This document shows, piece by piece, positions 52,801-61,136 of a stretch of 64,000 bases of DNA (positions are counted from its first letter, which is position 1; each line of letters opens with the position of its first letter). The translations under genes and the position numbers were made by a program. The stretch lies in assembly GCA_000002435.2 (NCBI GenBank), contig CM018790.1. One strand, 5' to 3'. Source of the DNA: Giardia intestinalis. Its lineage: Eukaryota. A model generated the notes under the pieces. The model did not search any database, had not been told where the DNA came from, and was given only the letters and a program-made list of their open reading frames with translations.

Positions 52801-54530
52801 CCCTCGACCGCGTTATCTTGTGGTAAACTGTCCAGCTCACTATCCAACAGCAATGCCTTATTAAGGGCAGCAGTTAAACGATTATTAATATGACGGCGTT
52901 GCAACATATTCTTATGAATCAAGGAGTTGATCCAGAGTTGTTCATGCTCGTAGGTGTAGGGATATGTGTGTGCAAAATAGACAATATCTCCCGCATATTT
53001 GAAAATGTAACTGAACGAAAGTGTGTAGTAGCTCCCAAGAAGGCAGGAAACAGGTTTTACATCGGGGCCTGCATTGGTATCTGTCTTTTGTGGCACTTTC
53101 GAAGTGGCAGGCGCCTGAGAGTCGTCTTGGGAGTCGTCATAATCGGAGTTCTTTGTTTTCTTATCTTGAACAGGAGTAGTTAATGAACCTGAATCTGCAT
53201 TTAGATACCGGCTATTTGAATAGTAAGCTACATCAAAGCCGCCCCTCTCCCAGCCCCGACCGGAGAGCATGTACTCTGTTTCACTAAATATAACCGGTGA
53301 CATGCCATCAGAATACTGAGAGGACGTCTTGGTGAAGTTAGCGATGAAGAAATTGTATCTAATTCCTGGAATTGTGTTTCCGACGGCAAAATAATACCAC
53401 TGGGTGTTTCCCGTTGAGTTGGTGTCTGGTCTAAGCATAAGAAAGTAGGTCTGATCCGCAGCACAGTACTTGGCGGTGACACCAGTAGCATTTGTTATGT
53501 ATTCTGTCTTGTAAGGAAACAAATCTGACTCTGGAGTTCCCATCTCCGTACACATTGGCAGTCTAGTTGCCTGCAGTAGGTTCCCACTCTCAAACCGAGA
53601 CTCAAAGCGCAGTGTAGTATCTGTTAGTGCCTGAAAGGTAGTGCTCTCTACATCACCAGTTTCTGGGCGTAAATTGTTAGGTAATAAGCTTGAATAAAGA
53701 AAGCCGTGGGCGCGTTCGTGTGCGTGCGCTTTAGCCCATTTCTTACAGGTAATAGAGTGTTCTGCTGAAAGAGAGGTGTCGATTAAAGCAAAGATTCCTG
53801 GAAATGCACTTACTGTATCTATGGCTGTCTCCGGAATGGATGCAGCCTCCTCTTTATGAGGTTGATGATGCTCTATACCCTGGTCAGTCAGGGATGACTT
53901 TGGACGGGGTGCTTCAGCATTGAAAACAGATGAATAGATAATTGAGACGGATGAATGTGTAAGATCGTAGAGCTTGTTCTGAGCACGCATGGTGCTAAGG
54001 TTAAGGGGATACCACCACTGATATGTATGCATGTTTTGGGGCTGACCAGGATGGTTGAGAGTGTCGTTTGGCTTTGTGGCTTCAGCTGCCTCGGTAGTCA
54101 CGGACGAATAAGGCCTTCTATAGTGATATACACAAACCCCTTTCTGCAGCCGATAATGGATTTGTTGAGCGCGCGTTAAATTTGCTACGGAAAGACAACC
54201 ACAGGGACACTTAAGATCTAGAGAGTAGTTTATAGATGGTTCTCGCTGAGATACCTCAGGCTTAGATTTGGCCATAGGCTTCGATTTGGTCTCGGGAAGT
54301 ATTAAGGGTTGACTGGTATCGTCCAGCTCCACGTGTATAAGAGGCTTCTTGTCTTGGTACTTGAATCCACAGTAGGAAATGGTAATGTCCTTCGGCCTGG
54401 AGCCCACATCATAAAGTGCATCGGGGGGAGGAGGCAGCTCCTTGACGGTACGAAGATGCTGAGAAATAATCGTCGAGAACTCCGTGTAGTTTTTCACTGT
54501 GACTTTCCTTAAGGCGGCATTTCCTTCCAT
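49815..54530 (-). CDS. Cytosolic carboxypeptidase (Nna1/CCP, M14 family; tubulin deglutamylase-like), 1571 aa.
   Basis: CCP N-domain FESGNL, FLMLRPDTNSTGNTQWYYFAVGN, and the M14 zinc site ARIHPGE...NPDGV. Long low-complexity tails. Confidence 0.8.
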   Translation of the reverse strand: MEGNAALRKVTVKNYTEFSTIISQHLRTVKELPPPPDALYDVGSRPKDITISYCGFKYQDKKPLIHVELDDTSQPLILPETKSKPMAKSKPEVSQREPSINYSLDLKCPCGCLSVANLTRAQQIHYRLQKGVCVYHYRRPYSSVTTEAAEATKPNDTLNHPGQPQNMHTYQWWYPLNLSTMRAQNKLYDLTHSSVSIIYSSVFNAEAPRPKSSLTDQGIEHHQPHKEEAASIPETAIDTVSAFPGIFALIDTSLSAEHSITCKKWAKAHAHERAHGFLYSSLLPNNLRPETGDVESTTFQALTDTTLRFESRFESGNLLQATRLPMCTEMGTPESDLFPYKTEYITNATGVTAKYCAADQTYFLMLRPDTNSTGNTQWYYFAVGNTIPGIRYNFFIANFTKTSSQYSDGMSPVIFSETEYMLSGRGWERGGFDVAYYSNSRYLNADSGSLTTPVQDKKTKNSDYDDSQDDSQAPATSKVPQKTDTNAGPDVKPVSCLLGSYYTLSFSYIFKYAGDIVYFAHTYPYTYEHEQLWINSLIHKNMLQRRHINNRLTAALNKALLLDSELDSLPQDNAVEGGGLSSLDKAYTLEFAKAYYAYSRLKVKFLQKLAAFRSSPNYQIVAKLLASADHKNIDIPILSHKVVTKSIGGNDVDMLTITSSSTSMQELKARKIVVVSARIHPGEAQSSYVCQGLVDYLLSDAPIACLLRKLYVFKVFPMINPDGVILGNYRCNLAGADLNRRCVQPSMALHTCVYGFKKVLLSLVSCPSGSLIKSTTQCEQQRSDSAGSSSSFDSSGSKDCVEKAHGKHLYQTCSGQTEDLAFNDLVVADDACIKPPRQPKSGPQTRPATCKPSTKRIDNVSGASTVSSENRATVITNKAILANIDLHGHSRKTNVFGYACYGDSEEHFYFKALNRLSPYFSIKDCRYSIGKQKECTQRAVSYNSFHIQRSYCIETTFGGITKAGSPKFGLQMCQKDFLEVGRDLAQNMLYLEGEQLASLHHFADEFLVQMYSLLYNAETKNFIIQWFGSESILASRPNASRTLVLNDPGTYNQFCDWVHENVLQEGSCEKPDNKSKEEVETPAPSAVKRGPSKKKTVCFNMDVDTASNAQHCTSELGKELNINETHGSSELSPSLLNLPPIGSTITLPYIYTENDLHQDLYIIEQVKAITSLLPEPSTLSISASKSQKPDQDGHSSDDDVQVEVINPSKSKPQRKRLSSSSGTGLPMSGSRSSVSPEGIEQLAKEIIAAQTDEAQLENALESEINTREQAERPSVGLSVKKFGKLVYKSLPLRSAVTDTSNTDQSSEQLGNAEQKSSEAESQSKAKSKISSKHDSVPQDATRKRQDRTSRGTSGRDQYSKQGGRTLDGLTSTDFSEGILPTEGFKTSWGGGTEKATRKTSQADLFSRLAKNPYKILPEKREYMQEAMQATSRLATYSIVTHTAEDLPVDRVAANIASRLQKGLTSSRVWDDSQTRAGTIPASHSFAYSQNSFSVMKEQAFGENADSTDAGPFIAPRRPGSSQRAVVSSTGWRSTAQRPTHARLVSVPQVTTRTRPTGRASVQAQPGSRGPG

Positions 54531-54595
54531 AAAGGGACAGAGGGATATGAAGGCCCGTTACCAGTTCCTTTTTTCAGAAAGCAACACAAACAAAT

Positions 54596-57500
54596 TCACA
54601 TAGATGGTAGACCTGGGGTAGCTGCGCACTTAATACATATGGCATGTAGTGCAAAGAACAGCGTTCTAATTGGGGTTATCATATTATAACCTTTCGAGCT
54701 TTCCACTGCAATCCCCTGCATATCTGAGAAGGCAGAATTGACTAATGAAGTAAAATCTTGGATACCAAGAGCCTGAACTGCTTCTAGAACCTGAAGGCGA
54801 AAGATGTCTTGGCGGAACTGCAGCCCCGCCACAGAAATATCTTCTATATCGACAAAAACAACGTGTAGAAGTGCAGCAGCCAAATCAGAGATAAGATCTT
54901 CGTCCTGGACGGTTGAGAAAACGCAGCAAATAAGCTTACCGATAGATTTCTCAATGACTTGCACGTAGGCCCGGTTAACCTGCTCCAGTTGATCAGAGTG
55001 CACATAGCTGCCAAGGAGAGCATTGACAAAGGTGGCTATGCAGCCAAACAATTTTATCTTTAAAGACACGTGCGTCGGCGACAGGTTATCTAGAAAATCA
55101 CAGAGAGCGGTTAGCATACGCGTTGCTTCCTCTTGCTCAAGGGTATCATTGCTCAAATTTAGGATCATTGTGATCATATCTACCATTTTTGTAATGTCAT
55201 GGTCGTCTACATGATTCAGGATTGGGGTAAAGCTAAGGATAATATTCAGAACATTTGAAAACAGGTGAGAAATAAAGCTCTTGTAATCATCGCCCCGGAG
55301 CGTCAGCAAAGAAGGAATATAATTTGTTATTTCGTACAACATATCTACGGCTACCACAGACGCAGCAAGAAATACCAAATACAGTTGCTCATGGCCAGAG
55401 AAGGCAACAGACGTCACATCTTCCCCCGAGTAAACGTGCTGCAAGCTAGAGCATCGCTCGGAAGAAACGCTAGCCCAGTCCATGGTAGTTTGAAGGCTAC
55501 GACACAGAAGTCCGAAGGAAGAATCAATTAGCCGCTTGAAGAAGGACGCTACTTGCGAACCTATGCATTTAAGCCACTTATCTATTGTGATCTTCGCAAA
55601 AAGAAAGATGTCCCTCACCAGAAACATAGCTGACAGTATGTAATTGGTTCCATTGGGCAAGGCCTCAAGGTAAGGCAGAACCACATCATATGCAGCAAAG
55701 ACCTTGTTCAGAAAAGCATTCTTTAGCCCAGCGCAGTCGTCGATGCTCATATTTTCTAATGCTGCCAGCCCGCCAGCGGAAGCAGACAGAAGAAGTGTTA
55801 GAATCTCTATTATCAAGCAAGGGTTAGTCGTCAATTTCTGGGCTCCTGCTGTTGCCACTACGGACAGTAGGGAATCAACATAAGCAGTGAGATGAAAGGT
55901 CTCGTCCGGTCTTACATGCTCGATGAGGAGACTACTAAAGGTTAAGACGTTACTTTTGTATTTGAGAAGAAAATTGGTGAAGTCGCAAGTACTAGCAACA
56001 GGAACTTCTCTGCACATCGTGTCCAATTTCTTAATAGCTCTCAAGACAACGTCCAAAGGAAAAGCTGGCCTCTTCTTTACGATGTTCATGGCGTCAATGC
56101 ATAGCAAAAGAGTGGAGATAATGGCATCATTTAGGAAGAGCGTAGAAAGATGAACATGCCCAGGAGAGTCGTGGACGCTCCCTATGCACTTTAACACAGC
56201 AATAATTGCTTCGGATATGGCTGCACACGAGGCTGCACTCAGGCATTCGCTATAACTGGTCGCACACTCACTGTCGTAAAGCATGTACTGTACCCACTGA
56301 ATGGCTATCTGAGTATAGAAGCATGCTCTAACCACAGTACCCCAATCACATTCGCCAGAAAGTCCACGAGCAATCAAGCAAATGGCGGTTGACGCCAGCC
56401 TACACTGCTGCGAGATAAGCATCTCTGTCGGTGCCATGCAAAGATAAATCGGCTGCGCGCCTACAAACTCCTCTTCGTTAAATGAAAATAGCTCGTCACG
56501 TATGCCAAAGAAGAGAACAGAATTCAACACTACGATTGCTAGGTTACTGTCCAGTTTGGATGGGTCAGCTAAGGGGAGCGCGTTGCCGTCACGTATCCTC
56601 TCAAATATGGCACTCTCTTGGCAGAATCGTACAAAGCTAAAGCGCGCTGGGTCATTATTCTCTGGCATAAAGCAGTAGCGTACAGCCGTATGTAGATTGA
56701 TAGAGAAGTCACGAATTAATTGAACGCAATTATTACTGCATTTTTGCACATTGTACAGCCTCATATTTCGTGGAGTCGGCTCCTTATTAACCAGCAGATC
56801 CAAACAGCTAGCCATATATATCTGTATCTGGGAAATATAAAGGGCTGCAGAAGTCACAGAGTATATTAACAATAAGAACGAGTTAAGTGTCAGTACAAGG
56901 GAAGAGTTTTGCGCATTGCCTGATGAGACCAGATTAAGCGACGGGCCAATGATACAGGCTTGGTAGCTGGCATGAACTATAGACATCAAGGAGCTGAGAT
57001 AAGAAACAATAAAGCCCAGTTCTTGAGATACGGTCATATGCACAAAAAAGATAGTGAACGAGAATTGACAGAGTAGCTTTGTCAACTGATTTTTGTTTAG
57101 TATAGAAAGCATGGTCACAGGACCATTGGCGAGAATCAGAGACTGTATGATTTGCAGCGGGAAAAAATCATCTTCGGGATTGTGGGGAATATTGAACCAT
57201 GTGTTAGAGCAAAAGAAATTGCCAGCTATAACAATAGGATTGTATTCAGAAGGTCTGTATTCAGAGATAGACGCGCCAAGATCAAGCTCAAGTGTAGCCA
57301 TCTCCAGCCTGGACAAAATGTCCTCTTCATCCATTCTAGACAGCTGAAACTGATAGAAGCGTATCAAAAGGGCGATAACAAACATGCAAATAATACTGGA
57401 GGATTTGGCCTTGCTGTAGGTAACCGTCGCTAATGCAAAGAACAACTCTTGGCAGCAACTATAGACTAACTCATCCTTCCTCAAAAAAGCTAGAAGAAAT

Positions 57501-58261
57501 AGTTTCGCAGACCTACTATACCATGCAGTTTCTAATAAGTTCAATAACTCTGGCAAAGGCTTAGCTTGTGTGTCAAAGAAAGCATCGTCGGAATTAGTAG
57601 AAAAGGCCGGGCAGGTCTTGCTGAGTGCTCCCCACTTAACGGAGATGGTTATGATCTTCAGATGGGCAATGATGAAAACTTGGTGATTGCCTTCATTAAA
57701 CTTTGGGGCAGTATTGGAGGTGCAATAGGCGTCCATAAGGCGGTCTAGAGAGTCCAGTACGTGGTTAACTAGCTTGATGACAGACTCTCTGATTACTGTA
57801 TCTTGTGCAGCAACCTGCTTGGCAACGGCGGCGGTAGCAATATGGAACAAAAGGTCTTCAACTACACTAAGTAAAAAAGGGACTTCTGTGAAACGCTCGG
57901 TAATAAGCACTGTGCAGAAAGTGTGAATTTCATCTGACGAAAAACAGGCCGGAACAACAAACGCTACAAGTTTAGAAAGCGTCTTCACGGCGATCCCCGT
58001 TGCCAAAAGCGTCCTTCCTGCATCGAGCAAACGTGGCACGTAAGCCTTAAGAGTGTGATAAAGCGAGGGTTTAGCTGTTCCCGCTGTAACAAGCAAGTTA
58101 AGACCATGAAAGACAAAAATGTCCTTCGACTGTAGAGAGTCTAAAAGGACGCTAGAGAACGCAAGATAATATGTCGGGTCCTGTAGAGCCGCCTGGATTT
58201 GTGTAAGTCCGGAATAGTCCCCTTTGGAGGCAGAGTCTACAGCAGACTCCAGCTCTTCCAT
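54596..58261 (-). CDS. Large all-alpha hypothetical protein (1221 aa), possibly HEAT/ARM-like. Karyopherin-like is only a weak guess.
   Basis: Uninterrupted ORF with a true ATG at 58261 preceded by AT-rich sequence. Leucine-rich helical composition. Confidence 0.55.
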   Translation of the reverse strand: MEELESAVDSASKGDYSGLTQIQAALQDPTYYLAFSSVLLDSLQSKDIFVFHGLNLLVTAGTAKPSLYHTLKAYVPRLLDAGRTLLATGIAVKTLSKLVAFVVPACFSSDEIHTFCTVLITERFTEVPFLLSVVEDLLFHIATAAVAKQVAAQDTVIRESVIKLVNHVLDSLDRLMDAYCTSNTAPKFNEGNHQVFIIAHLKIITISVKWGALSKTCPAFSTNSDDAFFDTQAKPLPELLNLLETAWYSRSAKLFLLAFLRKDELVYSCCQELFFALATVTYSKAKSSSIICMFVIALLIRFYQFQLSRMDEEDILSRLEMATLELDLGASISEYRPSEYNPIVIAGNFFCSNTWFNIPHNPEDDFFPLQIIQSLILANGPVTMLSILNKNQLTKLLCQFSFTIFFVHMTVSQELGFIVSYLSSLMSIVHASYQACIIGPSLNLVSSGNAQNSSLVLTLNSFLLLIYSVTSAALYISQIQIYMASCLDLLVNKEPTPRNMRLYNVQKCSNNCVQLIRDFSINLHTAVRYCFMPENNDPARFSFVRFCQESAIFERIRDGNALPLADPSKLDSNLAIVVLNSVLFFGIRDELFSFNEEEFVGAQPIYLCMAPTEMLISQQCRLASTAICLIARGLSGECDWGTVVRACFYTQIAIQWVQYMLYDSECATSYSECLSAASCAAISEAIIAVLKCIGSVHDSPGHVHLSTLFLNDAIISTLLLCIDAMNIVKKRPAFPLDVVLRAIKKLDTMCREVPVASTCDFTNFLLKYKSNVLTFSSLLIEHVRPDETFHLTAYVDSLLSVVATAGAQKLTTNPCLIIEILTLLLSASAGGLAALENMSIDDCAGLKNAFLNKVFAAYDVVLPYLEALPNGTNYILSAMFLVRDIFLFAKITIDKWLKCIGSQVASFFKRLIDSSFGLLCRSLQTTMDWASVSSERCSSLQHVYSGEDVTSVAFSGHEQLYLVFLAASVVAVDMLYEITNYIPSLLTLRGDDYKSFISHLFSNVLNIILSFTPILNHVDDHDITKMVDMITMILNLSNDTLEQEEATRMLTALCDFLDNLSPTHVSLKIKLFGCIATFVNALLGSYVHSDQLEQVNRAYVQVIEKSIGKLICCVFSTVQDEDLISDLAAALLHVVFVDIEDISVAGLQFRQDIFRLQVLEAVQALGIQDFTSLVNSAFSDMQGIAVESSKGYNMITPIRTLFFALHAICIKCAATPGLPSM

Positions 58262-58683
58262 CTACATTTTTAGGTACTGAAAATTATTGGCCATAGAACA
58301 TATTAATTTTAGAGTGAACCACAGGTCGAGAGCAGAAAGCTACAGAAAAGGTTATTACCAAGCTTACGATATAAGATCATGGTCTATGAAGATTTTGTCA
58401 GGATCTGTTTTCTACGATTAAGCAACGCGTAATATAGCACCAAAGTATAGTTCTGATTAAATTATACTGTCGTTTCCAGTGGGCATCAAGTTCCAGAGAT
58501 TTTAGATAACGAGCCTCTAGGTGCAAAAAACTGTCATATTACTATATTGGATACCACAGTATAACAGGATGGTGCAAACTTATTCAAAATACTACCGGCC
58601 TAATGCTTCCCACTTCAGTACGAAGACAAAGAAATCAAAGGAGTCAAAAAATTGAAAGTTGATTTCCGCTATCAGACGGCCGG

Positions 58684-59010
58684 ATGACGGGGAAGGAGAT
58701 CGATACAGCAGCACAGGAATATGAGAATCTTAAGGGGCACGCACAAGCGCTACAAGAGAAGTTAGTGCACGTGACAAATGACCTCCGGGAGCACAAGCGT
58801 GTTCTGGAGACGATAGAAGATATCGATTCAGACCGAGTGGCCTATCGCCTTGTGGGCGAGGTTCTCATTAAAGAAACAGTTAAGGAGGTGAAGCCATATC
58901 TGAGCAATACGATCTCATCGCTCCAAGAGGTCGTTAAAAAGTTAGAGGAGCAGCTTGCTGGAACAGAGAAGCAGCTACTTGAGTTGCGTGACAAGATTGA
59001 GACAAAGTGA
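58684..59010 (+). CDS. Prefoldin beta-class subunit (PFD6-like).
   Basis: 108 aa in a coiled-coil / beta-hairpin / coiled-coil layout. YRLVGEVLIKETVKEV compares with PFDN6 FKLLGPVLVKQELGEA. Confidence 0.7.
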   Translation: MTGKEIDTAAQEYENLKGHAQALQEKLVHVTNDLREHKRVLETIEDIDSDRVAYRLVGEVLIKETVKEVKPYLSNTISSLQEVVKKLEEQLAGTEKQLLELRDKIETK

Positions 59011-59098
59011 ATTCCTAGGCTCTTTGGTGTAATTTTTATTGTTTGCGGCCATTCCCTGCACCATTCCCGGCGCAGGGAGATTGTTTTGCTAATTTAAA

Positions 59099-60493
59099 AT
59101 GAACATTTGTTCCAGGCCCAGGAAATCCGGGGCTGCCCGGGGAGCAGATCCATCGTGGTTTTCCGCGTGCTCGGATAATAAAACAGACGTCGTCAAGGCC
59201 CAATTAGGTAAATGCAAGAGGTCATTTGACAGACGCGACACAGACTTCAACGTCAAGGTTTACAAGGGGTTCTCTGGTCTCCATTATGCTTGTATGACTG
59301 GAGCCCTCAATGTGGTAACGACGCTCCTAGAGTATGAATATGATCTCTATACTCAGGTTGAAGCCGTCCTCACGATGGCAACAATGTCTTCAGGAGATAC
59401 GAAATTCAAGTGTGCAGCTGGAACTTCGCCTCTTATGATCGCAATAATATCAGGTAACATGGATGTGGCTCTTACCATCTTGAACTTTGCCAGTTCAAAG
59501 GGGGAAGATGTTCTCAAGCGTATGGTGGGCATTCAGAATGAGCGAGGCCAAACTGCTCTTATGTGCTTCTGCATGATAGATTCTACTAACGTATTAACGT
59601 TTTTGTATGCACACCAAAAGCTTCTTATGCGCTACGAGATAGGCGCTGAGACGATAGAAGGCCTTACGGCCCTCCAGATTGCAGCTACCTTCGGGAGAAA
59701 TTATGTGCTTGACAGTGTTTGTAAGACTCTTCTAAAATTGGACACGTCGAGTCTTTCAGATTTAGAGTTTAAGATGGATTTTGTTAAGGCTCTGCTGAAA
59801 CGCGATAGATCTGGACGCGATATTTTTTATTATGTTGAGAATACAGTCCAATATGAGCACTTTTCAACAAGCCTCCAAAACAAGCAAGCATGCAAAGTCA
59901 CCCTGCTGTCAGTCTTCAAGGACGTGGTTTTGTGGCTGATCACAAACCCTGTAGAGAAGGCCAAAGAGCTTATCAACTCGGGAACTCGTGTAGATTATTC
60001 GGTGTGCTATTTAAATGACGCCTTAATAATTAATGCCACTAATGAGGACTTCTTTATTAACAGTAAGATGACAACCGATCAACGGGTGCTGGACTTGGCT
60101 AATAAGCTGGATTGTTATGTTAATTGTTGTCAGTTATTGAACCAGAATCCTGATGAGATTCTCTTGGGAATAGCCAGAACATACTTAGATGAAAACGGAA
60201 ACCTTGTTATTAAGCCGGACCTCTCTGTAGTACCCGCGGCTATATTCGGTCAACAAGAAGCCGGACAAGATCGGGCAAATATAAGGCATGTTCGGCAGGA
60301 AAGCGGGCTGTCTACTGCCTCGGAAGATAGTCACACTATGAGTAGCTTTGATATCATTAGGAATGCAACTAGTCACAGACTGTACTTGAACGAAAATGGG
60401 ATGCTGGTGCTCCAGAGTCCACAAGGAAACGATATTTCGCTTAATGCCAGTTGCATCAGCCACCATCAGACTATAGACGATTTAGATAGCTAA
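59099..60493 (+). CDS. Ankyrin-repeat protein ('Protein 21.1'-like), 464 aa.
   Basis: WFSACSDNK...KGFSGLHYACMTGALNVVTTLLEYEYD, SPLMIAIISGNMDVALTIL, GQTALM. Shares its N-terminal module with 45330..47711. Confidence 0.65.
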   Translation: MNICSRPRKSGAARGADPSWFSACSDNKTDVVKAQLGKCKRSFDRRDTDFNVKVYKGFSGLHYACMTGALNVVTTLLEYEYDLYTQVEAVLTMATMSSGDTKFKCAAGTSPLMIAIISGNMDVALTILNFASSKGEDVLKRMVGIQNERGQTALMCFCMIDSTNVLTFLYAHQKLLMRYEIGAETIEGLTALQIAATFGRNYVLDSVCKTLLKLDTSSLSDLEFKMDFVKALLKRDRSGRDIFYYVENTVQYEHFSTSLQNKQACKVTLLSVFKDVVLWLITNPVEKAKELINSGTRVDYSVCYLNDALIINATNEDFFINSKMTTDQRVLDLANKLDCYVNCCQLLNQNPDEILLGIARTYLDENGNLVIKPDLSVVPAAIFGQQEAGQDRANIRHVRQESGLSTASEDSHTMSSFDIIRNATSHRLYLNENGMLVLQSPQGNDISLNASCISHHQTIDDLDS

Positions 60494-60555
60494 CTGTAAA
60501 TGCTGAGCACTAGTAAGACTAGTAAGCAAAGTCATGTCTGGACGAACGGTGAAAA

Positions 60556-61086
60556 ATGTCGAGGACTAATCTTCTCACCAAATTCAAGCATCTTCATTCA
60601 CCTGATCAGGGTATGGATGCTGCTGACCCTGTATTAGCATTATCAGAACACCTTCAAGAGGTTCCACAACTTTTAGACAGAGTGATTTCAAACCATGAGC
60701 GTTTGGTGCGTAGCAGACCTCTAGATTGTTCCCAACCCGAGTTTACTGACAGCTCCAAGATTCAGGAGCTCGTATCTATAGTCCAGGACGTGTCTATGCG
60801 TTTTCGTACTATCACAGACTGTTCCACGTGCCTTAATATGACCGTTAAAGAAGCCTTGAGACAAGGCTGCATCTATGCCCGAGGACAGATGAAGGAACTC
60901 TTTGGTGGACTCAAAGCGCTTGCAGAACTTCCGGAAGCTCTAGAGTCTATCCGTGGCAACCTTCTCTCTTGTGAGCGCGATATCCAGAGTGCCCGTGCTG
61001 AAGCCTCCAAGACAGCCCACTTATTTTTTACCATAGCAGATAGCAATCTGTCTGTGGTGCGTTCAGACAAGGCCCTGCTGGGATAG
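60556..61086 (+). CDS. Hypothetical protein (176 aa).
   Basis: ORF with a true ATG at 60556 preceded by GAAAA. No recognisable domain. Confidence 0.35.
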   Translation: MSRTNLLTKFKHLHSPDQGMDAADPVLALSEHLQEVPQLLDRVISNHERLVRSRPLDCSQPEFTDSSKIQELVSIVQDVSMRFRTITDCSTCLNMTVKEALRQGCIYARGQMKELFGGLKALAELPEALESIRGNLLSCERDIQSARAEASKTAHLFFTIADSNLSVVRSDKALLG

Positions 61087-61136
61087 AGCAAACTGCGTAA
61101 ATAGTTAATTAAAATCGGCTCGCGGGCTGTGGTCGA

